Positions 51,231 to 60,180 are shown, numbered from the stretch's first letter. The stretch is DNA of 64,000 nucleotides from Nitrospinales bacterium (GCA_965223795.1 CBDCXL010000002.1:70105-134104), one strand, 5' to 3'. Notes: generated from the sequence alone by a model not told the origin. Made by a program: numbers and translations.

Positions 51231-51912
51231 TCAGTTTCTGGTTTTTGGCTCCATCAACTCAGGGCCGTGGTTCCTCGCATTGTTCACCCGCTTGTCCACT
51301 TCCCAGAACTCGATCCCCGCATCCGGGAGCGGCTGCAACATCGTTTGCAGGTCATTGCCGTCGGTCATTGCCGTCGGTCTTGGGGTCCAGCCATTGTGCG
51401 AATAGATCTTCACGCAAATGAACAGGCACGCGGTCGTGGATGGATTGCAGCGTCTGGTTGGCAGCTGTGGTGAGAATGGCGACGGTCTGGATGCCCGCCG
51501 CGTGAGTTTTGGGAGCCCAGCTTGACCAGATCGCCGCGAAGGAAAACAGCCCTTCCTTGGGCTTGATGAAAAACGGAGTCTTTGCCCCGTCCTCCCGCTT
51601 CCATTCGTAAAACCCGGTCGCCGGCACGATACAGCGCCGTTTTTTAAAGCTGTCTCGGAACGTGGGTTTCTCCGCAACGGTCTCCGATCTGGCGTTGATC
51701 ATCGGCCGCTTGTCGTCCTTCGCCCAGGACGGCAGCAGCCCCCAACGTAGCAAATGGATTTCCCGCTGGCCGGTTTTCCGCGACAACAGTACGACCGGGA
51801 TATCGGCTTGTGGGGCGATGTTGTAATTCGGCTCGAATGGGATGACGTGCTGCGCGTTGTAGAGGTGCTCCAATTCCTTGGCGGAGGCGTCCTGGGCGAA
51901 TCGTCCGCACAT
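51231..51912 (-). pseudogene. SOS-response-associated peptidase (SRAP/YedK family), C-terminus frameshifted by a 13-bp tandem duplication
   Basis: MCGRF catalytic N-terminus at 51912. The frame ends at 51352. The conserved C-terminus (..LQTMLQPLPDAGIEFWEVDKRVNNARNHGPEL..) continues in another frame to 51231. Removing 13 nt restores 222 aa. Confidence 0.8.
51351..51376. repeat. perfect 13-bp tandem duplication (GTCATTGCCGTCG x2)
   Basis: Read directly at 51351-51363 and 51364-51376. Confidence 0.95.
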
Positions 51913-51914
51913 GA

Positions 51915-53168
51915 TCAGGACACCGTCAGCAGTTCGTCCCACTGCGTCGTGTACCGCGGCGACCGCAACCCGCAGCTCATCTTCCATTCCCGCGACACGC
52001 CCTGCGCGCCGAAGAACAGCGTGTCCGGCCCATGGTCGCCGTTGATCCCGTCCACCAGGCGCATCAGCCGGTCGCGCCGCGTATGCTGCGGCTCCACAAA
52101 CAGGTGCTTCTGCTCCACCGACTCGGGGATCAGGTCCAGCAGCATGAGGCCGGTCTTCTTGTATCGGTAGCCCGGCTTGTAAATCTTGTTCAGCCCGTGC
52201 TTCGCCGCTGCAATGACGATGGGGGTGTCGCTGGTCGGCACCGGCATGACGCAGGTGACGCCGTTGTGGTATTGCTGGTCGGCCGGCCTGAACTCGTTGG
52301 TGCGCACAAACACATAAACGGCCTGCGCCCGGCTTTTTTGGCTTCGGAGCTTCTCGCAGGCTCTGGCGGCGTAGTTGGAAAGCGCCTCTTCCAGCGCCCG
52401 CTTTTCCGTCACCAGCTTACCGAACGACTTTGAGGACATGATGTTTTTTCTTGGCTGGATGTCTTCCAGATCGAGGCAGGACTGGCCGCGCAACTCGCGC
52501 AGGATACGCTCCCCCACCACCGAGAGCTGTTTGCGGACGATGGGCGGGTGCGCGTCCCTAAGTTCAGCCGCCGTGTGGACACCCATGCGCGCCAGCCTAT
52601 CGGCCCAGCCGGAGGCGATCCCCCATACTTTTTCCACTGCCAGGTGTTTCAGAACTTCTTCGCGGACCCAAGCATCGCGGATGTCGAACACGCCGGAGCG
52701 CCGCTTCGCAAGCCGGTTGGCCACCTTCGCCAGTACCTTGGTCGGCCCGATGCCGATGGACACCGGGATCCCCGTCCACTGCCGGACCTTGCTGCGGATC
52801 ATCCCGCAATAGGCTTCCAGGTCTGGCTGGGGCATGTGGTCAAGCCGGAGAAACGCCTCGTCGATGGAATATACTTCCATGTCCGGCACGAAAAGACGCA
52901 GGCTGTCCATCACGCGCCGCGACATATCGCCATAGAGCTGGTAGTTCGAGGAAAACACCGCGGTGTTGTGTTTCTTGATGAACTTCTCGTGCTCGAAGTA
53001 GGGCACCGCCATGGGGATGTGGAGCGCCTTGGCCTCGCTGGAACGGGCGACGATGCAGCCGTCGTTGTTGGAGAGCACGACGATGGGGCGACCTCTGAGA
53101 GCCGGGTTGAACACGCGCTCGCACGAGGCGTAGAAATTGTTGCAGTCCACCAGGGCGAAGGTTTTCAT
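51915..53168 (-). CDS. umuC: Y-family translesion DNA polymerase (UmuC type)
   Basis: ALVDCNNFYASCERVF, VVLSNNDGC, and the UmuC-type layout. Its stop lies 2 nt before the SRAP ATG. Confidence 0.9.
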   Translation of the reverse strand: MKTFALVDCNNFYASCERVFNPALRGRPIVVLSNNDGCIVARSSEAKALHIPMAVPYFEHEKFIKKHNTAVFSSNYQLYGDMSRRVMDSLRLFVPDMEVYSIDEAFLRLDHMPQPDLEAYCGMIRSKVRQWTGIPVSIGIGPTKVLAKVANRLAKRRSGVFDIRDAWVREEVLKHLAVEKVWGIASGWADRLARMGVHTAAELRDAHPPIVRKQLSVVGERILRELRGQSCLDLEDIQPRKNIMSSKSFGKLVTEKRALEEALSNYAARACEKLRSQKSRAQAVYVFVRTNEFRPADQQYHNGVTCVMPVPTSDTPIVIAAAKHGLNKIYKPGYRYKKTGLMLLDLIPESVEQKHLFVEPQHTRRDRLMRLVDGINGDHGPDTLFFGAQGVSREWKMSCGLRSPRYTTQWDELLTVS

Positions 53169-53587
53169 AACAGGTTGTGCAAGCAGTGGGTCACCACGCC
53201 CCAGATTCGCACCTCCGAGCCTTCCGCAAGCTCGATCGTCGGATGGTTCGGATTCTCTGATTGAAGGGCTGCTTTGCCGTGCATCCGGAACAGCCGCTTC
53301 ACCGCCAGTTGCCCGTCCACCTCCGCGATCACGACCCTCCCGTGCACCGGCTCCAGGCTACGGTCCACGATCAGCAGATCGCCGGGGAAGATCCCGGCCC
53401 CGGTCATCGAATCCCCGGAAGCGCGGACGAAATACGTTGCTGTGGGATGCTTGATGAGGTGCTCATTGAGGTTGAGATCCCCTTCCATGTAGTCGTCCGC
53501 CGGGGATGGAAAGCCGGCGGACACATGCGACAACGCCACGGGAACCGCAGCGGCTCTTTGTGCATTGGAGGGCTTCGACATGGGCAC
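53165..53587 (-). CDS. umuD: LexA-like S24 peptidase (UmuD type)
   Basis: GFPSPA, VRASGDSM (Ser nucleophile) and a downstream Lys segment. 4-nt overlap with umuC. ATG 53581 is the likelier start. Confidence 0.85.
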   Translation of the reverse strand: MPMSKPSNAQRAAAVPVALSHVSAGFPSPADDYMEGDLNLNEHLIKHPTATYFVRASGDSMTGAGIFPGDLLIVDRSLEPVHGRVVIAEVDGQLAVKRLFRMHGKAALQSENPNHPTIELAEGSEVRIWGVVTHCLHNLL

Positions 53588-53616
53588 AGAATACGCGCCG
53601 GGCCAGGGGGAGTCAA
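53588..53616 (-). promoter_or_regulatory. sigma-70-like promoter abutting the umuD start (possible leaderless mRNA)
   Basis: Minus strand reads TTGACT, 17-nt spacer, TATTCT, then gtgccc-ATG. Confidence 0.4.
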
Positions 53617-53675
53617 TGGATTTTCGCTAAATTTTTGCCAAAACATAGGAAGGCTGCATAGCCGCTTTCAGGCAT

Positions 53676-53702
53676 AAAAAAACCGGAGCCTACTGGCTCC
53701 GG
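53676..53702 (-). terminator. rho-independent terminator after the 53728 gene
   Basis: Minus strand reads CCGGAGCC-agta-GGCTCCGG followed by a T7 run. Confidence 0.75.
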
Positions 53703-53727
53703 CTTCAATCATAATTCTTTAAATACA

Positions 53728-54483
53728 CTACCTCTTCTTTTTTACCCATCCCCGAGTTTTCATACATCCCAAAAAGGCTTTTTTGTAAGGCAGGGTTTCA
53801 TGGTTCGAAGCAATAATCCGGCATTCCTCTTTATCCCTACCCAATCTTGTATTTCCTTTCGAGACAGCAGCCCTCGTTGATATTTTCCGAATTTCTGGTT
53901 TTTTCTGAGGATATATTGTTGCAGCTCTAACGGGAGGCTGTACTATTTCAGGCGCTGGGACACTGGACGGTTCTGCCAGTTGCGAGTGTATTGGCTGTTT
54001 TTCCTCAAACGGTTCTGAGCTTTCTCCTAGAGCATCGGCCAATAGCTCTTCGGAAGATCCTTTTTGCGCTTGCGCAGTTGCCGTGGGTTCTACGATTTTT
54101 TCCGGTTGATTGATTGATGCAACTCGATCTCTTTCATCATACAAAACGGTAAGCTGGTACTTATCGCCAATAAAACCTTCTATTGGCGTCCCAAGTATTT
54201 CCCATAAGCCAAATGTGAGGATGTCCATTATGGCGTGACCAATGGCCCTGCCCGCGCTTGGCTCATTTCCCGTTTCGTATTCATAGACATCCATCCTTTT
54301 TCCATTTCCCAAGCTGGATGTCTTGATGGGAGGACCAAGTTGCAATTCGATTTGACCACGGCTCGCGCCTTCCTGGACCAGGCCCAGATTCGGCGCTTTC
54401 TTGCCGCTCATGGCCATCCCGACCGAGCATCCACTGCAAACTGTGAGGAAATAAGCGAATACTAAAACGTGGATGGTTCTCAT
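53728..54483 (-). CDS. hypothetical secreted protein / probable lipoprotein (251 aa)
   Basis: Start moved to ATG 54483, which has GGAGG 5 nt upstream. Signal MRTIHVLVFAYFLTVCSGC. AT-rich. Confidence 0.65.
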   Translation of the reverse strand: MRTIHVLVFAYFLTVCSGCSVGMAMSGKKAPNLGLVQEGASRGQIELQLGPPIKTSSLGNGKRMDVYEYETGNEPSAGRAIGHAIMDILTFGLWEILGTPIEGFIGDKYQLTVLYDERDRVASINQPEKIVEPTATAQAQKGSSEELLADALGESSEPFEEKQPIHSQLAEPSSVPAPEIVQPPVRAATIYPQKKPEIRKISTRAAVSKGNTRLGRDKEECRIIASNHETLPYKKAFLGCMKTRGWVKKKR

Positions 54484-54575
54484 GTGGACCTCCGGCGTTA
54501 TTTTTAAGGAGGGAGGGGGGAGGAGCAATATCGGCTATCCTATACCATAGTTCGGATAAGCGAATCAATGAAAAT

Positions 54576-55352
54576 TTAGGCGAGATTGTTGAATTGGAAA
54601 TCGACAGTGTAATAAGGGGGAGGTCTATCTTTATTTCCACTTATCCGTTGAATAATTTCTTCCGCCCTTTCGCCATCAATTTTCTTTTTCATTTCCAACT
54701 CTTTTGCCAATGCTTCAACAGCCGGCCAAATTCCAGGCTTCTTAAAAATTGCCCTAACTCTTTTCGTCGCCACCAGAATAAAATCCGATATATCTTCCTC
54801 ACAATATGAAAATTCAGAAGCCATCAAAAGGGCATTATCGTAATCCGTTGCGCCAGGGCAACTCAGATTTCTATTTTGTTCTTTATTTATTCTTTCAATA
54901 ATCTTCCTCTCGTCAGCTGATGAATAATAAACCTTATCTAATCCACAATGCCTGTATTTTGCCTCTGCAATTGGACCTGCTAATTGGGTAATCAATTCGA
55001 CTTCCATATTAAATTTTTTTCTGTTTTTCTGTAGTGCAATATCCTCCATACTCATATTTATAAATCGCACATCGTCTATATGCACACCAGTAAAAATATA
55101 GATTCCTGACGCCTCAACAGTTCCTATCACCCACCGCTCTCTTCCAAGCTGATCTACATAGGGCCCCTTTTCATATTCCTCATCCGTTCTTACGATAATT
55201 TCATAAAATATATGGCCTACATACCACATGGCAACAGCGTGTCCTGCTTCATGGTAAGCAAGGGCTTTCGATATTTTATTTTTTCGGCGCATTTTTCTTG
55301 AGAAGAAAGGAGCCCCGAAGGGCTCCCGAAATGGGTTGCCTTTATTAATCAT
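54576..55352 (-). CDS. stand-alone FtsH-type (M41) zinc metallopeptidase domain protein, without AAA+ or TM modules
   Basis: AYHEAGHAVAMW (HEXXH), LAGPIAEAKY and GATDYDNALLMASEF parallel the FtsH protease-domain motifs. ATG overlaps the upstream gene by 8 nt. Confidence 0.7.
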   Translation of the reverse strand: MINKGNPFREPFGAPFFSRKMRRKNKISKALAYHEAGHAVAMWYVGHIFYEIIVRTDEEYEKGPYVDQLGRERWVIGTVEASGIYIFTGVHIDDVRFINMSMEDIALQKNRKKFNMEVELITQLAGPIAEAKYRHCGLDKVYYSSADERKIIERINKEQNRNLSCPGATDYDNALLMASEFSYCEEDISDFILVATKRVRAIFKKPGIWPAVEALAKELEMKKKIDGERAEEIIQRISGNKDRPPPYYTVDFQFNNLA

Positions 55353-55692
55353 TCAACAACTTTTTCCAAATTTCTTCCGGATTATTTAGCAGCTTTTTAA
55401 AGTCCCTCATTTCATTATTGTTTCTGCCTCTTTTCCTAGCCTTTTTATTTGTAGAGTTGATTTGTTTTATTTCACCTTCCTTTTTAATTCCTGCCATTTC
55501 CGATTCTAATGTTTTAACTCGCTTAAATATTTCAACAATATCATTTAATCGACAAACATCCGTCTCTAAACTCCTATTGAATAACTTGTGAACATAAATA
55601 ATGTCCTTACTCAACTTGTCAAATAAATCTAAATTTACTTTTTCCATTTTTGCGATCTTTTCTGATAATTCTTTATTCGTCAACCTAGCCAT
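55345..55692 (-). CDS. hypothetical coiled-coil protein (115 aa)
   Basis: Start moved to ATG 55692, which has GGAGG 5 nt upstream. Heptad-like Lys/Glu/Leu-rich sequence. AT-rich. Confidence 0.6.
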   Translation of the reverse strand: MARLTNKELSEKIAKMEKVNLDLFDKLSKDIIYVHKLFNRSLETDVCRLNDIVEIFKRVKTLESEMAGIKKEGEIKQINSTNKKARKRGRNNNEMRDFKKLLNNPEEIWKKLLND

Positions 55693-55899
55693 GGCACCCT
55701 CCAAATAAAAAGGCCCGAGCGTTGTCTACGGGCACAAAGCACCGCCCCGGGCCTCACGGCTTCGGGACACTCGGACCAATTTACAGTTTGGATTTCAGGC
55801 ATAAAAAATCCCCAATTGAGGGCTGGGGGGAAGACCCCTTTGTGACTTTAGACGATTACACTTTATGCCCGATTGGGGAGATTGTCAAGATTCTACATT

Positions 55900-56089
55900 G
55901 GACGGCGCAAAATTGCGCCGTCCTCTGCTTCGGTATTGAATGGGTCCAAAATTGGACCGATTGAAAGGACTGTCCCGTGGATTTCAATGAGCGCAATTTT
56001 GCGCCCATTAAATACACCGACGCGCGGGGCGGTATCCAGTAGTCGCCAAATTGGCGACTACTGGGTTTAATGGGCTTAATTTTAAGCCC
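55900..56089. repeat. cluster of five GC-arm/AT-centre palindromes (P1-P5)
   Basis: P1 55900-55923, P2 55943-55958, P3 55991-56004, P4 56037-56063, P5 56072-56089. Arms are 6-13 bp around a centre of 1-2 A/T. Confidence 0.85.
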
Positions 56090-56128
56090 GTTGAATACGC
56101 TGACGTAAGCAGGTATTGCTTGGGGCGC

Positions 56129-57007
56129 TCATTTGGGCGGCCTTTTTTTTGTGTTTTCCTCCCCCGCGGCTTCCAGCTTCTTTTTGAAGAGTACGAAACG
56201 GTCCTCGGTGATTTCCTCGATCACCTTAAATCCAAACGGCTCCAGGACCTCCAGGACCTGGGCTTCGGTCATTTCAAAATCCGCGATCATGTTCTTGAGC
56301 TTCTCGACCAGGTTGTCGCTGATCTTTCCATCCTTCTGGGATTTGTTGCTGGTTGTGGTCCCGTTTTGCTTCGACGTTCGTTCTCCAGATCCGCCCGCTT
56401 CACCCCCAGCGCCATTTTCCCCTGTGTCGCCCTCGGTCGTGAAGATGTCCGAAGCACAGGTCACACGCCGCATGAGCGCCACGAATGCGCGCTTTTGGGC
56501 CATGAAAATGATCGTATTTCGCAGATCCTCAGGGTCCCGCAGGACCTGCTTGACCTTGTAGGGTGCGGACCGATTCCCTTTGCTTTTTCCCCATTTCACC
56601 CGCCGGCGGGATTCGATCGTTTCCTCCCATTCCTCGTCACATACGGCGCGACGCCAGCGGTATTTTTCCTCGAAGCTGCATGCCTCTGCATAGGCTGACC
56701 CGAGAAAACAGCCGTTGTTGTCGGCCGCTGTCATCTTCGCCCGGAAACGCACCTCATCGCCCCCGGATAAATCTTCCATCCCGGCTGGGTCCACGTGGAT
56801 CCCGAACAGGACGCCCAGCTTTTCCGCGCCTGGCTGCCACAATGAACGCTTGGAGGTTCCGGGAATGACCCCGAAATCGACGTTTGCAACCATTTTTTCC
56901 TTCATCAGGCGCCGGATCATATCCAGCCGCTCCCCCAGGGCAGCAATCGGGTCACGGCCCGCCTGAGTCGGCACAAGTGCGTTGCTTTCAGGACGTAAAT
57001 TTTCCAT
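56129..57007 (-). CDS. phage protein, possibly a single-strand annealing protein (Red-beta/RecT-superfamily-like)
   Basis: VDFGVIPGTSKRSLWQPGAEKL and NTIIFMAQKRAFVALMRR loosely parallel Red-beta. The function is tentative. Confidence 0.45.
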   Translation of the reverse strand: MENLRPESNALVPTQAGRDPIAALGERLDMIRRLMKEKMVANVDFGVIPGTSKRSLWQPGAEKLGVLFGIHVDPAGMEDLSGGDEVRFRAKMTAADNNGCFLGSAYAEACSFEEKYRWRRAVCDEEWEETIESRRRVKWGKSKGNRSAPYKVKQVLRDPEDLRNTIIFMAQKRAFVALMRRVTCASDIFTTEGDTGENGAGGEAGGSGERTSKQNGTTTSNKSQKDGKISDNLVEKLKNMIADFEMTEAQVLEVLEPFGFKVIEEITEDRFVLFKKKLEAAGEENTKKRPPK

Positions 57008-57018
57008 TTTTTCAGTTC

Positions 57019-57435
57019 CTATATTTCAAGATTTTCAAGTTCTCTATGCTTTTCAGCCCGAGCTAGGGGCGTGGCGCCCAATGCTCTCAAACATTCACAC
57101 AGGCGATCTGAGGCGGCGCTCAATTCCCAAAATTCCGGACGGCCGGCCAGGACCCCATCCTCCAGTGTGTAGGTCATCCCGTTCTCGTTGATAAACATTT
57201 TCAATTCGTACCAGGTTCCGTAGTGGATGCACGCTTGCTCCAGGACGCCTAGATCGACGTTATCGGCTCCAAATTCGCGTATGAGCCCTTCCCCTAGCTT
57301 TGTCCAATGCCGACGTGCTTCAGGGTTTGTTATCGAAGCAGGGGCCGGGGGGAGCGCCCCTCGTCGTTCCAGCCGTACCTTTTCAAAATCGACGATTTCA
57401 GCCATTTTTTTTCCCTTGCCGTTTGAATTTTTCAA
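57019..57435 (-). CDS. phage terminase small subunit-like protein (divergent P27 family)
   Basis: ..ARRHW..LG..L......D...L...C..Y.......G.........P.......A......L..LG.TP.AR pattern. The alternative ATG 57405 overlaps the upstream stop (ATGGCTGA). Confidence 0.6.
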   Translation of the reverse strand: MKNSNGKGKKMAEIVDFEKVRLERRGALPPAPASITNPEARRHWTKLGEGLIREFGADNVDLGVLEQACIHYGTWYELKMFINENGMTYTLEDGVLAGRPEFWELSAASDRLCECLRALGATPLARAEKHRELENLEI

Positions 57436-57874
57436 ATGGATTTTCCTTCTTTGGCTCCGGTGGAATCGCAGAAATTTTCCCGCGGCTGCTCGGATCCAGC
57501 CCCAACAGCATGCCCATTTTCCGCATATTTTCTTGAGCCTTATTACTGATGCTTATAAAGGGATTCGGGACATCAAAGCCTTTTGGGGTGGTCACCACCA
57601 GCCCCTGCCTTTTGAGTTCTTTTTCAGACTGGCACCAGCGGGAATAGTTCTGACAGTAGGACGCCAGGGTAGCGCGGTCCAGATTGCTCAGAAGCCCCAA
57701 GCTGTGGAGTTCCTTGGCAAGCCGGCGCCATTCTGCCCGCGCGCCAGCATCTAAGTGAGTAGGCGCCGACGGCAAGGAGGGTTCCGGCTTCGGCTCGTTC
57801 TTATTTATTCGGCATTTTTGCAATGTGCCGGTCAAAGCCTTTAATTGTGTTGGTTTACGTGGCCTTCCAGCCAT
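57398..57874 (-). CDS. phage terminase small subunit, P27 family
   Basis: MAGRPRKPTQLKALTG...P..L...A..EW......L...G.L...D...L..YC...S.W...E..L...G......G....NP......KA......M...LGL.PSSR. Confidence 0.75.
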   Translation of the reverse strand: MAGRPRKPTQLKALTGTLQKCRINKNEPKPEPSLPSAPTHLDAGARAEWRRLAKELHSLGLLSNLDRATLASYCQNYSRWCQSEKELKRQGLVVTTPKGFDVPNPFISISNKAQENMRKMGMLLGLDPSSRGKISAIPPEPKKENPFEKFKRQGKKNG

Positions 57875-57898
57875 GATGTTTTCCTGTTCCCGTCAACC

Positions 57899-57975
57899 GG
57901 CGCAAAATTGCGCCCGTTAAATCTAAGTGTCGCCAATTTGGCGATAGTTGAAATCAGTCATCCTTAAGTTAAGGA
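57899..57975. repeat. cluster of three palindromes (P6, P7, P10) at ~31-bp centre spacing
   Basis: P6 57899-57914 GGCGCAAAATTGCGCC; P7 57930-57944 TCGCCAATTTGGCGA; P10 57961-57975 TCCTTAAGTTAAGGA. Confidence 0.85.
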
Positions 57976-58084
57976 CCACTGAAATGGGGGTTCCCAATAC
58001 CCCTTTTGCCCATTTTGCACGCATAAAAATTTGACTGCCATCCGCCGGTCCCATTTTGTCAGGCTGTAGAGATTCCTACTCCCC

Positions 58085-58717
58085 CTACCCATCCATGTGT
58101 GTGGTGGGGCTTGCGATCCCTTCGACCTTCGGGATGGTCTGCCTTATTGTATTCAGCGCAGCGTCCAGATCCTCGATGTCCTGCGACTTCAGGTTCTCGG
58201 CGCTTCGGATTCCCTCCCTGATGGCAGCAAGGGCCTTCCTCACAACCTCAACATTGCCATGGAAATCCTTTTCACGGGCCAGGCTTACGGGATTCCGTTT
58301 CCCCGGAAGCTCAATGTTTGTGACGTCCCGGGCCATGATCTGCTCTTGAAGGTCCCTCAGTTCCCGAATGAAAAGGTCAATGGCTGGATCCGCTGAATTC
58401 CTGAGAAAGGTTTCCGCCTGATGGATTGTGGTTTCGAATCCATGGGCTATTGCCCGTTTCTCACGCTGCGATTCAGCCCAATTCGCTTCTGCCTTTTCCA
58501 AACTCTTCCGGGCCTTCAAAACCTTCGACCACGCATCAGATGCGGCCTGGTTAAATTTGGGCATCTGCTTCTCCTGGTCGGCCCTGGTCGTCTCGATCTT
58601 CGATATGGCCTGCAGGCGGCTCTCTCGGATTTCACCCTGCCGTTTCTTCACCAGCTCCTGCCCCTGATCACTTTTCAGGAAATAATCAAAAAGCCCTTTG
58701 TCTGCTATTGTTTTCAT
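58085..58717 (-). CDS. hypothetical helical phage protein (210 aa)
   Basis: Start moved to ATG 58717 so that palindrome P8 stays intergenic. No motif recognised. Confidence 0.55.
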   Translation of the reverse strand: MKTIADKGLFDYFLKSDQGQELVKKRQGEIRESRLQAISKIETTRADQEKQMPKFNQAASDAWSKVLKARKSLEKAEANWAESQREKRAIAHGFETTIHQAETFLRNSADPAIDLFIRELRDLQEQIMARDVTNIELPGKRNPVSLAREKDFHGNVEVVRKALAAIREGIRSAENLKSQDIEDLDAALNTIRQTIPKVEGIASPTTHMDG

Positions 58718-58759
58718 CTGAAAGTTCCGTTGCTCATTGTTTTTAAAAAAGAGGAATTC

Positions 58760-58783
58760 GGACGGTCCAAAATTGGACCGTCC
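58760..58783. repeat. palindrome P8
   Basis: GGACGGTCCAAAATTGGACCGTCC. The outer arms match P1 and the inner arms match P2. Confidence 0.85.
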
Positions 58784-58841
58784 TCTTACGTCAATGCTAT
58801 GAAGCACCGCCGCCCCGTATTCTGAGGCGGCGGACTCTATA

Positions 58842-60128
58842 TCACGATCGAGTCTGAAGATTGATAAAGGGTGAAAGGGTATTCGTACCCTTAAACGGCG
58901 TGATCGGCGCATTCTGGATCGGCTGGCCGTCCTGGCGCAGCACGAACCGGAAGGTCATCTCGTCCGTGAGGAATTGCACGTGGATGGACAGATCCGCCCG
59001 GATGCCACCCTTCTCGATCAGAACGTACTGGTTCAGATCAGCGAAGATGATATCTCCGGCCGTTCCCAGCGCTTCGCACTGCTCGATGGGGGTGATAGGG
59101 CGCCCGAAAAGCGTCCCGAATGGGGCTGCAGAAAGCCCGCCGGCAGGCACAAAAACCGGAACGCCGCCGGTCCCAACGGCATGGCTCAACTGGAAAAGCT
59201 GAGGCCAGACTTCCTGGTTGATGTACCATTCGGCGCGCATCAGGCTAGATGCGGGCATGCGGGCGTACATCTTTTCGATGTTTTCCGCAATGACCGTTGA
59301 AGCAGCCTGGCCGCTTTCCTTGGATACCGTCACGAGTGCGGGGGAATTGAGGATACCCATGGGTTTACCCGCACCGTCACCGCGGACGATGGCGTCGTCG
59401 ATTTTAAAGCCGAATTCCTCAGTGAACGCCTGCCGGACAACCATTTCCAGCGCGGCCGCATCGGCAAGCAGCTCCTCGGTGACATAGGCCAGGCCGATCA
59501 GCTTTTTGAGGTTCAGCTCCATCTGGCGGAACTTCGGTTTCGAGGCCGTGGCCGCGGCGGCTTCGGCTTTCCAGTACGCCTGAACGCCACCCCAGCGGGA
59601 CCCGTCGACCCGGGATGTCTCGTCCACAGCCGGGATCTTGATCCCGTTGGCGCCCGAACTGATGGGGATCCGCCGGCACCTTCTGGAAAGCATCCCGGTC
59701 TCATGCACCTGGTTCAGCAGTTCATTGGAAAAATCCTGCTGGACCAGCCACCCGCCTTCGGATGAGACGCTTTCGCCAAGGCCGGTAGCCGCATTGTATT
59801 GCAACCGTGGATCCGACATTGCGTTCCGATCCGCGGCCCTGGCCACGGCCACAAGCTGTTCACCGAAACTCTCGAAGGAGTTTTCGGGAGAAGGATTGTA
59901 AGATCCCTGGTGAAGAGAAGGCATGTTGCGTTCAAACTCAGCCTCCCTTTCCGCTACTTCCAGGTCATGCCTCATTTCCTCAACTTCTGATATTACTGCG
60001 TCGTACTCTTTGAGCTTTTGAGCCTTTTCAGCTTTACTGCCCGCGCTGCCCGCTTCATCCAGAAGCGTTTGCGCCTTTTGCATTAAATCAGCTTTTTTCT
60101 GAATTAAAAACTTCCTGTTTTTGCTCAT
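58842..60128 (-). CDS. phage major capsid protein, HK97 family
   Basis: Start moved to ATG 60128, which has a GGAGGG RBS. Coiled N-terminal delta-like segment, then ..EGGWLV.., ..DGSRWGGV.AYW..E, ..VTEELL.D.., ..RGDGAGKP.GIL. Confidence 0.9.
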   Translation of the reverse strand: MSKNRKFLIQKKADLMQKAQTLLDEAGSAGSKAEKAQKLKEYDAVISEVEEMRHDLEVAEREAEFERNMPSLHQGSYNPSPENSFESFGEQLVAVARAADRNAMSDPRLQYNAATGLGESVSSEGGWLVQQDFSNELLNQVHETGMLSRRCRRIPISSGANGIKIPAVDETSRVDGSRWGGVQAYWKAEAAAATASKPKFRQMELNLKKLIGLAYVTEELLADAAALEMVVRQAFTEEFGFKIDDAIVRGDGAGKPMGILNSPALVTVSKESGQAASTVIAENIEKMYARMPASSLMRAEWYINQEVWPQLFQLSHAVGTGGVPVFVPAGGLSAAPFGTLFGRPITPIEQCEALGTAGDIIFADLNQYVLIEKGGIRADLSIHVQFLTDEMTFRFVLRQDGQPIQNAPITPFKGTNTLSPFINLQTRS

Positions 60129-60180
60129 TCGTCCCTCCGTGGACAAATATTTTTTTTAACCTACAAATTAAAATTTTCCG

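Noticed and set aside
55900-56089. Palindrome cluster considered as a CRISPR array.
   Set aside because: The units are different palindromes, not identical direct repeats. Spacing is irregular (30-52 bp between centres) and no cas genes are present.
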